A stretch of 64,000 nt of DNA, from positions 13,072 to 77,071 of the forward strand of contig JAFYWN010000009.1 in the NCBI GenBank assembly GCA_017558005.1. Reading direction: 5' to 3'. Position numbers and translations under genes: made by a program. The DNA comes from Kiritimatiellia bacterium (lineage in GTDB: Bacteria; Verrucomicrobiota; Kiritimatiellia; RFP12; DVOR01). The notes below the pieces were generated by a model. That model saw only the letters and a list, made by a program, of their open reading frames with translations, made no database searches and had not been told where the DNA came from. Positions 42,509 to 51,886 of this stretch are shown in pieces; position 1 is the stretch's first letter, and every line of letters begins with the position of its first letter.

Positions 42509-45500
42509 TTAGTCTTCCACGACCACGCGGAAGCCCACGTTGTAGGGGCGCTGCCAGGTCGGATAGCCCCAACGCCATGCAGAGGTGGCGCGGTGCTGAC
42601 GCTGGTACCAAGAGCCACCACGGATGACGCGTAGCTCAGGATCAAAGGCTTCGCTTGCCGCGGCATTGGGATAGCCAACGAAGGGCGAGGAGGTCCATTC
42701 GGCGACGTTACCATGCATGTCCTTCAAGCCGAAGGCATTGGCGGCATAGGAGCCAACCTTTGCGAGGTGGAGCACCTGGTCATAGAAACGTGCATCCTTG
42801 AGTTCGTAGTCCCAGAACTTGTCGGGGTTACGAATCGGCTGAGGGTCGATGCCGTGCACGGCGAGACGCTTCATGGTCACGTCAGCGAGGTTGGCATGCT
42901 TGGAGAAGTCGGTGTTGAAGTCGCCGTAGTTCATCGGCGTGCTCGTACCGGCGCGGCAAGCATATTCCCATTCAGCTTCGGTGGGCAGACGCACCTTTTT
43001 GCCCGTCTTCGCAGAGAGCCATTCGCAGAAGGCGACAGCCTTGTCGTAGCTGACGCGGATAGCGGGGAAGGCAGGGTCATTCACGAAGTAACCGCGACGC
43101 ACCTGGTCTTTGTAGTGCATGTCGTAGACACCGTTTTCAAAGGTCGGGTCAAACTGCTGCATCATGCCCATGGTGACTTCGGTGATGCCCATGTAGAAGG
43201 GCTTATCAATGGTCACTGCGTGTGCAGGTGCTTCAGCAGGAGATTCGGCGTTGGAACCCATGACGAAGGAGCCCGCAGGAATCTTGACGAGTTCCATCTT
43301 CTGGTCGCCACCGATATTCAAGGTGATGCATTCACGCTGACCTTGCTTCTGCGCGCCATTGAAGGGCCAACCCGCCACGGTTGCTTCTGCGGCCTTCGGA
43401 GGACGTGCTGCCGGAGGTTCGAAGGCGATTGTGCCGGGCTTGTAAGGATTGATGATTACTTCAGGGTCATAATCCAATGCAGCCAAACGCTTTTCGTATT
43501 CACGACGGCTCTGGATGTAGTGCTGATTTGCACCACGTTCAGTCCAAGTGCCGAAGTAGGGGACGTTGAGGTCAATCCAAGTGTAGAGGCGATCCCATTC
43601 TTCAGCGGAGAGCTTTACGCCGTGGTGGCCCTTCTTCAACATCTGCACGAGTTCAGATGTGGTCACATGGAATTCCAAGGGGGTGAGGACGTGGTAGTCG
43701 CCTTCGGGACCGTTACGACGGACATAGGGGTGAAGTGCGATGTAAGCGCCGCTGAAGCCACTCCAGACGTTCGGACGATAGGAGAAGTCAGGGATCGGCG
43801 TGCCAATCTTGGTGAGCGCCTTGCTCGCGCTATTGTGGCATCCCACGCACTTGCGATCAAGCACCGGCTGAACTTCACGGTCAAAGCCCCAACCGCGACG
43901 TTCGCCGTACCACGGCTTAATCTTTTGCGGAGGCTTACGAGAGGCCACTGTAGAGAGACCCGCAGGAGCGGCGGCATTCTGGCTTTCGTGGCAACCAATG
44001 CAGCTGATGGTTTCACCCGGCATACCCACGAGCCACGAACGCATCATCTGCAGGGCGCGACCATTTTCGTCGAGGGGCTGGACGCTGAGCGGCGTGTTTG
44101 CGGGGAATTCAAACATGCAGGAGCCGTCTTCTTCGACGTCAACCGTACCATGCAGCACGCGGACGTCCCACGGACCTTCCATGCCGATGGCATAGTGACC
44201 ACCTGCGTGACGAGGAGCATATTCATAGTTGAAGACGCGAAGCTTCTTCACCTTGCCCTTCGGCACGCCATCCAGGGTCTTCTGACCGCGGTAGACATTC
44301 GCCATATAAACGTTACACGTCTTCTTGCTAAGGTCCACCATGTCGGGACGATAGGCAGGAAGCGGCTTGGACTTGAGCGGAATCGGCTCATAGTAGTTGG
44401 CATCCGGAGCTTCCCAGAGGGTTAAGACGTTATCATAGATGTCCACGAGCACGATGCGCCACGGTGCAGAACCATCATCCTGCATGGCGGTGAGGATGAG
44501 TTCGTCATTGAGCGGACGGGGGTGGAGGAAGTAGGGCTTGATGTGGTCAACCAATTGGTCCTTGGTGATGTTTTCAATCGGCTTACCACGGAAGGGGAAT
44601 TTTTGGACGGCACCCTGGGTTTCGATACGGCCGCGTGCCACATCAAAGAGGATCAATTCGCCCTTACGCGGCACACCATGGTGACCGGTGACAATGCCGA
44701 CAAACTTCGTCGAGCTGCCAGGAATGTGCTGGTGGTAGAAGATGGCATTGGGCCAATAGCTATTGGAGCCGTAGAATTCCTGCTGGTCAGAGCCGTCGGG
44801 GTTCATCGTCATCAACACGCGAGAGAAGTAGTGTGCAGAGTCGGTGTATTCCCAACGTAAGAAGACGACGCGACCATTCGGATAGACTTCGGGGTTCCAG
44901 TTGATGTCTTGGTCGAAGGTGATACGACGGGCCGTCTTGCGGTCATTTTCAATCAATTGAAGGTTGGCCACATAGTCGCCACCAGAAACGCAAGGCACGC
45001 CATTGAAGCCAATGGTCGCCGTGGTGATGATGCGACCGTCAGGAAGGTAGCATGCGTCATAGTAGTCCACTTCAGGATTGGGGTCTTCGTATGCCTTCTT
45101 CCAGTTGGAGCCGTCGGTATTCATTTCATAGATGCCCCACGGACCGCTCTTTTCGTCGCCAGAGGAGAGGAGAATCTTTTCTGCATTCCAATCAAGGCAG
45201 AGTTCGCCGAGGTAGGCAGAGGACTCGCGGATAACGGTTGGCTTGCCCATTTCTTGGCAGAGGGGCGCACGCAACACTGCATTCTTGTAACCGCGCAGGG
45301 TGGCATTGTTGTCACCATTCCATGCGGTGTTACCCTGATAGTTCTGGAAGAGCCCCTGCTTGGTGCCTTTAGGACGGTTGATGAAGAGAAGCTCATCGAA
45401 GTCAATGGCGGGGTGCTTCAAGAGCACCTTCTTCTGCAATTCACGGAATTCGCGTGCGGTTTCAGCGGTTGCCTTACCTGCGAGAACCGTAGCTTCCAAG

Positions 45501-46162
45501 GCGTCAATTGCCTTCTGTGTTTCGGCTGCATCGGGGTAGGATTCGGGATACTTTTCAGCATAAGCCGAAAGGGCTTCGCGCAGCGAGGTCGTATTGATGC
45601 TTGCCAAGAGGGCACGCATACGCACCTGCGCCTGCTGTTCTGCCAAGGTGGGCAAGGTTTGGCCAACACGTGCGGCACGCCCCGTCTCAGGAACGAAGTA
45701 ATGCGTGCGTTCAGCCTTGCCGACATTGCCCTCCCAGAGGATGGTGCGTGCGTCATCAGAGGCTGTGATGCGGAAACCATTTAAGCGATCGCCGAGGACA
45801 TTACGATTCCAAACGACGATCTTTTCCACGGGGTAGGTTGCGCCGAGGTCAAGCTCCCATGCGGGATGATTGCTCCCTTCGGGGGTGTGCGTGATGGTGT
45901 TTTCTTCCCACACGCCAGAGATGTTGCCATCAATAGCACGCGTAGCGACGCCACCATGTGCCGTATCAGACTGAGTTGCCTTGCCTTTGGGCGCGATGTT
46001 GGTCCCGTTAACAAAAACCTCCACTTCCGCAAGGGAGAGTGTGGCAGATTCACGAGGAAGGTCGATGGTGATGTAGCGAGCATCAACTGCTGCACTAAGG
46101 GGCACCGCTGTAAGTGCCGCTGTGAGCAGAAGCGTCGCAGATAAAGAAGAACATTTTTTCAT
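42509..46162 (-). CDS. giant secreted multidomain protein: discoidin (F5/8 type C), propeller-like middle, two CxxCH motifs, C-terminal FGE/SUMF1-type domain
   Basis: Signal peptide. N-terminal RAIDGN...WELDLGATYPVEKIVVWNR. ISCIGCHES and KCVGCHNS haem-type motifs. C-terminal RVIRGGSW...GFRVV typical of the formylglycine-generating-enzyme fold. Confidence 0.8.
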   Translation of the reverse strand: MKKCSSLSATLLLTAALTAVPLSAAVDARYITIDLPRESATLSLAEVEVFVNGTNIAPKGKATQSDTAHGGVATRAIDGNISGVWEENTITHTPEGSNHPAWELDLGATYPVEKIVVWNRNVLGDRLNGFRITASDDARTILWEGNVGKAERTHYFVPETGRAARVGQTLPTLAEQQAQVRMRALLASINTTSLREALSAYAEKYPESYPDAAETQKAIDALEATVLAGKATAETAREFRELQKKVLLKHPAIDFDELLFINRPKGTKQGLFQNYQGNTAWNGDNNATLRGYKNAVLRAPLCQEMGKPTVIRESSAYLGELCLDWNAEKILLSSGDEKSGPWGIYEMNTDGSNWKKAYEDPNPEVDYYDACYLPDGRIITTATIGFNGVPCVSGGDYVANLQLIENDRKTARRITFDQDINWNPEVYPNGRVVFLRWEYTDSAHYFSRVLMTMNPDGSDQQEFYGSNSYWPNAIFYHQHIPGSSTKFVGIVTGHHGVPRKGELILFDVARGRIETQGAVQKFPFRGKPIENITKDQLVDHIKPYFLHPRPLNDELILTAMQDDGSAPWRIVLVDIYDNVLTLWEAPDANYYEPIPLKSKPLPAYRPDMVDLSKKTCNVYMANVYRGQKTLDGVPKGKVKKLRVFNYEYAPRHAGGHYAIGMEGPWDVRVLHGTVDVEEDGSCMFEFPANTPLSVQPLDENGRALQMMRSWLVGMPGETISCIGCHESQNAAAPAGLSTVASRKPPQKIKPWYGERRGWGFDREVQPVLDRKCVGCHNSASKALTKIGTPIPDFSYRPNVWSGFSGAYIALHPYVRRNGPEGDYHVLTPLEFHVTTSELVQMLKKGHHGVKLSAEEWDRLYTWIDLNVPYFGTWTERGANQHYIQSRREYEKRLAALDYDPEVIINPYKPGTIAFEPPAARPPKAAEATVAGWPFNGAQKQGQRECITLNIGGDQKMELVKIPAGSFVMGSNAESPAEAPAHAVTIDKPFYMGITEVTMGMMQQFDPTFENGVYDMHYKDQVRRGYFVNDPAFPAIRVSYDKAVAFCEWLSAKTGKKVRLPTEAEWEYACRAGTSTPMNYGDFNTDFSKHANLADVTMKRLAVHGIDPQPIRNPDKFWDYELKDARFYDQVLHLAKVGSYAANAFGLKDMHGNVAEWTSSPFVGYPNAAASEAFDPELRVIRGGSWYQRQHRATSAWRWGYPTWQRPYNVGFRVVVED

Positions 46163-46373
46163 AAGGTCTATCCTCTCTGATTGACGATATTCATTCTTAA
46201 TGTATCAAAAATAGGGGAAAAAAGAAAGTCTAAAGTCATGCAAAGGATAACAAAATAAGGTGTTTAAGGGTTGAATTTTTCTATGAAAAAACACCACGGA
46301 GACAAGATAACGCAATGCTTTGAAAGCGCCTCTGTCTTGAGTGAAATAAGTGGGGGATTTGAAGCGAGATGCG

Positions 46374-47060
46374 TTAATCGCAAGTGACGGTGTCGGTAGT
46401 TGCTTTTTGTGCGTCATTTTTCGCCGTGAGATGGCGCATGACGGCTCGAGCGATATACCACTGTGCGACGCAGAAAAGAAGGAAAAAGCCAACGATGATG
46501 GCAATCACCCAATTGGGGTGTTGCGTCCAAAGGTGCTTGAGCCAGGCAATTGCCGGTGCGTAGAGATACGGCATAAAGAAGGTGACAATCAAGCTCTGAA
46601 AGAGACAGGAGAGTGCCGAGTAGAGTGTGTAGGAGCCAAAGTGGACGCGTAACATCCCTGCCGCCAGCAGGGCAGGCGTGCGAATGCCAGGCGTAAAGCG
46701 AATGACGAACATCGTTTTGCCCAGATGTTTGTCAAAGAAGTGGCTGCACAACTCAATCTGATTCTGATGTTTGCGCACCCATCTTAAGCGCGCAACAAAG
46801 TGCATGGCGAAACGGACGGGGAGATACATCAATAAATCGCCGATGAAGACGCCCCAAAAGGTGGCCTGAAGTGCCGTCATCCAATGAAGAATGCCTTCGG
46901 AGATTAAGGGCGGCACAATGGTCCAACAAACAACATTTTCAAAGAAAAAGGTGGAGACAGAAGTAAACCACCCTTGAATCCAAGGAAAGTCGCCAGAGCT
47001 TCGAATCGCTTCAATCAGCGAATTCAAATCAATGCCAGCGAAAGCCACATAAGTGATCAT
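46374..47060 (-). CDS. DedA/VTT-family membrane protein
   Basis: FFEN...PPL...G and RFTPGIRTPALLAAG DedA-type motifs. The ATG at 47060 overlaps the ftsI stop (TAATG). Confidence 0.7.
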   Translation of the reverse strand: MITYVAFAGIDLNSLIEAIRSSGDFPWIQGWFTSVSTFFFENVVCWTIVPPLISEGILHWMTALQATFWGVFIGDLLMYLPVRFAMHFVARLRWVRKHQNQIELCSHFFDKHLGKTMFVIRFTPGIRTPALLAAGMLRVHFGSYTLYSALSCLFQSLIVTFFMPYLYAPAIAWLKHLWTQHPNWVIAIIVGFFLLFCVAQWYIARAVMRHLTAKNDAQKATTDTVTCD

Positions 47061-48865
47061 TACTTTCCTTGTTCTTTCGGAAGTTTGTCCGCGGGGATGC
47101 CCCAATAGTGTCCAATCTCTTCCGCAACCGCCGCAAAGGTGGGTGCGGCCACGCCACCACCTGAACGCACGCTTCCGCGCGGTTTTTCAATCGTGACGAG
47201 GATGGCAAGTTCTGGTCGCGTCGCGGGATAGATGCCGATGAAGGAAACATTATAATCGCTGTGATTATAGTGCCCATTCACGGGAATTTGCCCGGTGCCC
47301 GTCTTTCCCGCCACTGTATAACTGGGCAAATTTGCTCGCCATCCAGTGCCACGCGGAGACTTACCTGTTACTGATTGTAACATATCTAACATTTTATTGC
47401 AGACATTTTCTGAAAGTGGACGCCCTAAAACTTTGGGTTGGTTCACCCGAACGACTTCCCCTTCATGGGAGCGCACTTCTTTAAGGATGGTGGGCTTCAT
47501 CAGTGCCCCACCATTGGCAATGGTAGAGTAGGCGTTGACCAATTGCAGTGCTGTGACCGAAATACTCTGCCCTAAAGGAATACGGGTCGGGGAGAGTTTA
47601 TTCCACATAGCCTTGTTTTTGTAATTCCAGAAGATGCCGTTTTCTTCACCGATGAGTTCAATGCCTGTCTTTTTGCCTAATCCCATCGCATTGAAGGAAC
47701 GCCAAAGGAGTTCATTTTGTGCAGGCATGCCCTTTTCGGGTGCGGGCTGAGCCATGAGCAAACCAATCTGTGCAGTGCCGATATTGGAGGACTGCATGAG
47801 CAGTTCACGTGCGCGAATTTTGCCATACACTCGGTCACGTAAGGGTTTCCCTGCGTAGTACCACACCCCAGAGGTGCCGACATCAAAGACGGTGTGCTCG
47901 GTGATGATCCCCATCTGTAGGGCCATTGCCACGGTGATGGCTTTCATGACCGAGCCTGGTTCATAACACCTTGAGATGGCGATATTCTTCCACTCATCTT
48001 GGAAGTGCTTATTGAACTCTTGGGGTTTGAAACTGGGAAGGGTCGCCATACCGAGAATTTCACCCGTCTTCACTTGTTGAACGATGATGGTGCCAGACTC
48101 TGCTTGGAAGTTAGTGAGCGCATTGGAGAGGGCGGTCTCAATGATGTACTGAATGTTGTTGTCAATGGTTAGGTAGATGTCATTACCATGCGTGGGCTTC
48201 ACCTCATCAATGCGACGGGTGCGAATTTCACGACGGCGACCATCATAGATGGCGTGGACCATGCCATTGGTGCCAGAGAGTTCTTTGTCAAAGCGTTGCT
48301 CAATGCCATACACGCCATCCCCGTCATGGTTGACGAAGCCCAAAACATGACAGAGGCGCGCGCCATTGGGGTAGGAGCGCACAGAACGTACCGTGGCGAT
48401 GCTCACCCCTGCGATGCGATTGGTGGTGTTGGAGGGATCCTTGCGCTGTTGGAGTTCTTTAATCAAGGCATCATCGGTGATAATGCCAATCTTCGTGTAG
48501 CGGCGTCCACTCGCGAAGGTTTCAATCATCTTCTCTTGGTTGACCCCCAGCAATTCTGCGAGTTCCACTGGCAGCGTATCGCGATTCACTTTTGGGTGAT
48601 CTAAGGCAGGGTCTTGCGCATCAATTGCTACCTCTCGCCCCGAGACGCTTTCGGCCAACACCACCCCATTACGGTCAAGGATGCGTCCGCGGAGACCGAG
48701 GACTTCGTAAGTGTTGTCATACTTCCGTTCGCGATAGTCAGGGGAGTTCGGAATGAAGATGTGGAGGTCAATTAATTCCCACAGCACGCGTAAAAAAATG
48801 ACGATAACGCCCATTAAAATGAGCGCCATCCAACGGTGTGTGACCTGATGCGGGTGATGTGCCAT
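47060..48865 (-). CDS. ftsI: penicillin-binding protein 3-type peptidoglycan transpeptidase
   Basis: N-terminal TM anchor, SVMK (SxxK), SSN and KTGTG motifs; located after ftsL. Confidence 0.88.
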   Translation of the reverse strand: MAHHPHQVTHRWMALILMGVIVIFLRVLWELIDLHIFIPNSPDYRERKYDNTYEVLGLRGRILDRNGVVLAESVSGREVAIDAQDPALDHPKVNRDTLPVELAELLGVNQEKMIETFASGRRYTKIGIITDDALIKELQQRKDPSNTTNRIAGVSIATVRSVRSYPNGARLCHVLGFVNHDGDGVYGIEQRFDKELSGTNGMVHAIYDGRRREIRTRRIDEVKPTHGNDIYLTIDNNIQYIIETALSNALTNFQAESGTIIVQQVKTGEILGMATLPSFKPQEFNKHFQDEWKNIAISRCYEPGSVMKAITVAMALQMGIITEHTVFDVGTSGVWYYAGKPLRDRVYGKIRARELLMQSSNIGTAQIGLLMAQPAPEKGMPAQNELLWRSFNAMGLGKKTGIELIGEENGIFWNYKNKAMWNKLSPTRIPLGQSISVTALQLVNAYSTIANGGALMKPTILKEVRSHEGEVVRVNQPKVLGRPLSENVCNKMLDMLQSVTGKSPRGTGWRANLPSYTVAGKTGTGQIPVNGHYNHSDYNVSFIGIYPATRPELAILVTIEKPRGSVRSGGGVAAPTFAAVAEEIGHYWGIPADKLPKEQGK

Positions 48866-48905
48866 GCGTTTCCGTCAGGTGTTTTAAAATGAGAAGTGGT
48901 GTAAT

Positions 48906-49349
48906 TTAACGACGACGGCGGGTGGTTCGTTGACGTGTGCTCGAGGTGGCTGCGACCTTTTTGGGCTTAGCCTGCTCAGTCTTGGCAATCTGTGCCCCTT
49001 GCAAGGAGTTGTGTAAGGCGGCCGGAATTTCCAAGCGCCCATCCTTACGCACAATGATGCTACGTTCTGGCGGTGCGTAGGTGAGGTTCATGCCATTCTG
49101 ACGAACGGCTTCATCCAGACGCTTGGGCTCAATTAAGTGATTCCAATCCGCCTTCTGACGACGCAAAGAGGCTTCCAAAGAGCGCTTTTCGTACTCAAGT
49201 TGTTTTACTTGAGTGCCGACTTGTTCTGCGCTCAAATCAATAAAGACCGGGCCAGCCCATGGGAGAATCATCAGTGCGCAGAGCACGATGCCGCCCAGAT
49301 GCGCTAACTTCAGATGGTAGGTCTTCCGTCTCCGGTTGTGCTTCTTCAT
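48906..49349 (-). CDS. ftsL: FtsL-like bitopic cell-division protein
   Basis: 147 aa, single TM (GGIVLCALMILPWAGPVF) then coiled coil; sits between rsmH and ftsI. Confidence 0.55.
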   Translation of the reverse strand: MKKHNRRRKTYHLKLAHLGGIVLCALMILPWAGPVFIDLSAEQVGTQVKQLEYEKRSLEASLRRQKADWNHLIEPKRLDEAVRQNGMNLTYAPPERSIIVRKDGRLEIPAALHNSLQGAQIAKTEQAKPKKVAATSSTRQRTTRRRR

Positions 49350-49354
49350 AATTC

Positions 49355-50290
49355 TCAGTCCTCCACGCGCCGCACGGCTCGGAGTTTTGCGCTCCTCGCC
49401 CGTGGATTGCTTTCAAGTTCTTCTTGCTGCCCACTGACAGCCTTTTTCAAAATCAGTTCAGTCTTGGGTAGGGTGCCGCGCCACTCACTTCCCCCCTGCA
49501 TGAGGGAAACTTCCTGCCCGCAGTGTGCCTTAAAGGTCTGCTTGACCACGCGGTCGGTCAAACTTTCAAAGGTCAGAATCGCCATTCTGCCGCCGGGCTT
49601 CAAGAGTTCAATGCCCGCCTCGAGCGCCTTGCGTAAATCGCCCATTTCATCATTGACCGCCATGCGCAATGCCTGAAAGACGCGCGTGGCAGGATGACGA
49701 CCCTTTGTGTGCGCCGTTCCGACTGCCTTCGCCACGCAATCAGCCAACTGTAAGGTGCGCGTGAAAGGTGCCTTGCGGCGATCACGATCAATTGCCTTGG
49801 CAATGGCAAATGCGCGCTTTTCTTCGCCCAATTCGCGGAAGAGGTCGGTCATCTCTTGCACGCTTAAACGAGCCACCAAGTCCGCCGCAGTTTCACCTGC
49901 ATCGTTGCGCATGCGCATATCCAAAGGGCCATCCTGACGAAAACTGAAGCCACGTTCTGGCGTGTCCAATTGGTCGCTGCTCACCCCGAGGTCCAACAAG
50001 ATGGCGTCCACTTGTTCAAACCCATTTGCCCGCGCAATCGCACCGATGTCGCCATGCGCACCATGGACTAAGGTATGCGTTCCGGGGATTTGGTCACGCA
50101 AAAGGTTGTTTTTGGCGCGTTCAAGTGCTTCGCCATCGCGGTCAATGCCCAAAAGGCGACCTTGTGCGCCCGCTAAGCGCATCACCGCAGAGGCATGCCC
50201 CGCCTGACCTAAGGTGCCGTCAATGTAGACGCAGCCAGGTTGCGGGTTCAATGCCGCGACGGTTTCTTCAAGCAGGACCGGAATGTGCAT
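49355..50290 (-). CDS. rsmH: 16S rRNA (cytosine1402-N4)-methyltransferase
   Basis: HIPVLLEE, YIDGTLGQAGH, LLDLGVSS, FQALRMAVNDE. Confidence 0.92.
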   Translation of the reverse strand: MHIPVLLEETVAALNPQPGCVYIDGTLGQAGHASAVMRLAGAQGRLLGIDRDGEALERAKNNLLRDQIPGTHTLVHGAHGDIGAIARANGFEQVDAILLDLGVSSDQLDTPERGFSFRQDGPLDMRMRNDAGETAADLVARLSVQEMTDLFRELGEEKRAFAIAKAIDRDRRKAPFTRTLQLADCVAKAVGTAHTKGRHPATRVFQALRMAVNDEMGDLRKALEAGIELLKPGGRMAILTFESLTDRVVKQTFKAHCGQEVSLMQGGSEWRGTLPKTELILKKAVSGQQEELESNPRARSAKLRAVRRVED

Positions 50291-50300
50291 AACACCTCAA

Positions 50301-50747
50301 TTAGAAATCAAGTGCTGCCAAAGCCTCGCCGAGAGCCGCCTGATCAACGGTTGTTTCGGGTTCACGGTTTTCAGCCGCCCAAATCTCACCGTAGGTCACC
50401 GCGCCAACAAACGCAATCTTTCCTTTAATACCCGCGAACTCCAAGAGGCGATCGCTGATACGAATGCGTCCCTGAACGTCCAACGGAAGCTGTTCGGTAT
50501 TTGCACCAATAATGCGCAACTTCTGAGCCACCGTAGGATCTGCAAAACGCTTTGCGAGCAATTTTGCCTGAATGCCCTGCATGCGTTCATTGGTCAATAA
50601 GCGCAGACACTTCTCATGCGGGTCTGCCATGACAAAGACATACGCAGGCTTACCCATCGCATCGCGCCATCCCGAAGGGATCGTCACGCGGCGCTTGGGG
50701 TCCAATGCATGCATAGCGCTGCCTGAAAAAACAGCGTCTCCTTGCAT
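50301..50747 (-). CDS. mraZ: transcriptional regulator MraZ
   Basis: Two SpoVT/AbrB-like repeats (LDPKRRVTIP and DVQGRIRI). ATG at 50747 with a gagg RBS; the longer ORF would run through the promoter. Confidence 0.88.
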   Translation of the reverse strand: MQGDAVFSGSAMHALDPKRRVTIPSGWRDAMGKPAYVFVMADPHEKCLRLLTNERMQGIQAKLLAKRFADPTVAQKLRIIGANTEQLPLDVQGRIRISDRLLEFAGIKGKIAFVGAVTYGEIWAAENREPETTVDQAALGEALAALDF

Positions 50748-50772
50748 TGTTTTAACCTCTGTGTCTTTTGTG

Positions 50773-50828
50773 TCCACTATTTGACCTTTTCTGACACTAT
50801 TAAACACTTTCCCCCACTTCGCCGTCAA
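50773..50828 (-). promoter_or_regulatory. candidate Pmra promoter with MraZ-box array
   Basis: Minus strand: TTGACG (50828-50823), 18-nt spacer, TTTAAT (50804-50799). GTG(G/T)N boxes at 50817-13, 50807-03 and 50797-93 with exact 10-nt spacing, plus GTGGA at 50777-73. Confidence 0.45.
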
Positions 50829-51133
50829 GTGAAAAGAAAATAATTTTTTCTCGGCCCGTAAAAAAGACCTTTTTACACCCTTTTCGGGTGGTTTTTATGC
50901 AAAAATCGGGCCTTTTTTAGTTGAAGACTCCATGCCGTTCATCCGCCACACGTTGACCTGCGTCAGAATTGATTCGTTAATGAATGTGAAAAATTTGACA
51001 CCACCTCCCACCATCTGAGGCGAAACTGAATGTCGCCCAGGCCCTCCAGACCGTCCAGGTATTCCAGTCTCTCGACTTTTTCAGGTGTGCCTATCTCTTC
51101 AGCTTCTTCGGTCTTTTTGGAGCACCTAGATAG

Positions 51134-51268
51134 TTCGGATTCTCCGGTTCCCTGAATCATCTGAGTCTTCGGTTTATCCGGATCATCGAGTCTAGTCACT
51201 CGGCTTATCCGGATGATTAAGTCTCTTTTATCCTCTCGGTTTTCCTGGATTAGTTGCTCTCTCTAGCC
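51134..51268. repeat. four degenerate 32-36-nt tandem units with ATCCGGAT core
   Basis: ttcggattctccgg..., ttcggtttatccggatcatc..., tcggcttatccggatgatt..., tcggttttcctggattag... Confidence 0.5.
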
Positions 51269-51273
51269 GCTAT

Positions 51274-51450
51274 CCAGTGTGGTACCAAACGACGGGGACG
51301 CAACGCTCCCCGTACCCCTCGCATCCTTGCCTTTCGTTCTTTCCTTTCTTCTTGTGAGCACCAGTAAAAGCATCCGCTAGGATGCGTAGCGTGCAGGACT
51401 CAGTCCTGTCGCAGGGGTGTGGGGGCGGCGCCGCCCCCACATCATCCCTT
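51274..51450. repeat. third copy of the hairpin-rich dispersed element, ending in a perfect 22-nt GC palindrome
   Basis: 51274-51402 aligns to 21526-21654. Hairpins gcatcc-gcta-ggatgc and caggact-c-agtcctg. The palindrome gtgggggcggcgccgcccccac is at 51419-51440. Confidence 0.75.
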
Positions 51451-51797
51451 TTATCCCTTTTCTTCCTTCAAAAATTCCTTTAAAATCCCGTGCGCGAAAA
51501 GTTCACTTTTTCCATTTTTTCATTGATTTTTCGGCTGTTGAAAACTTTTTTGAGTTATCAACAAGTTATCAACAATGCACCTTTTTCGACGCAGTTTTTT
51601 GAAAAATTTTCGACGGATCGGCAGTTTTTCGGTACTTTTGTTCAATTTTGCTAAAACTGCATAAATCCTTGAGAAATAAAGAGATAAGGTGAAAATAGGG
51701 TAAAATCAACTCCGCTACAGCGGCTTCCTTGCGAATTTTTGGACTCAGATATCAACAAGTAGCAGCTTTTTTGGGGAAAGCTAAAGCAATTTCGGGT

Positions 51798-51886
51798 CAA
51801 TATCAGCGAAATTGGCGAGCAATATCAGCGAAATTCCTGAGCAAAGTCAGCGATTTTGGGTGACCAAAGTCAGCGATTTTCAAGCG
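51798..51886. repeat. four tandem 22/23-bp repeats (two sequence subtypes)
   Basis: caatatcagcgaaatt+6 nt (x2), then caaagtcagcgatttt+6-7 nt (x2). Related cgcgaaatttt / gaaatttcgc motifs continue to ~51920. Confidence 0.8.

Noticed and set aside
42713-45784. 570-aa and 291-aa plus-strand ORFs inside the 1217-aa minus-strand gene
   Set aside because: They are shadow ORFs. The minus-strand product has a signal peptide plus discoidin and FGE signatures, and the plus-strand products have none.
50963-51199. 78-aa minus-strand ORF in the mraZ upstream region
   Set aside because: It overlaps the degenerate 32-36-nt DNA repeats without a matching peptide repeat, and there is no RBS.
51440-51760. 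A/T-rich segment with TTATCAACA x2 (51555-51576) and ATATCAACA as a replication origin
   Set aside because: Only two or three one-mismatch DnaA-box-like sites are present. There is no dnaA or dnaN nearby. Gene orientation does not switch cleanly here, and I cannot compute GC skew. The evidence is insufficient.
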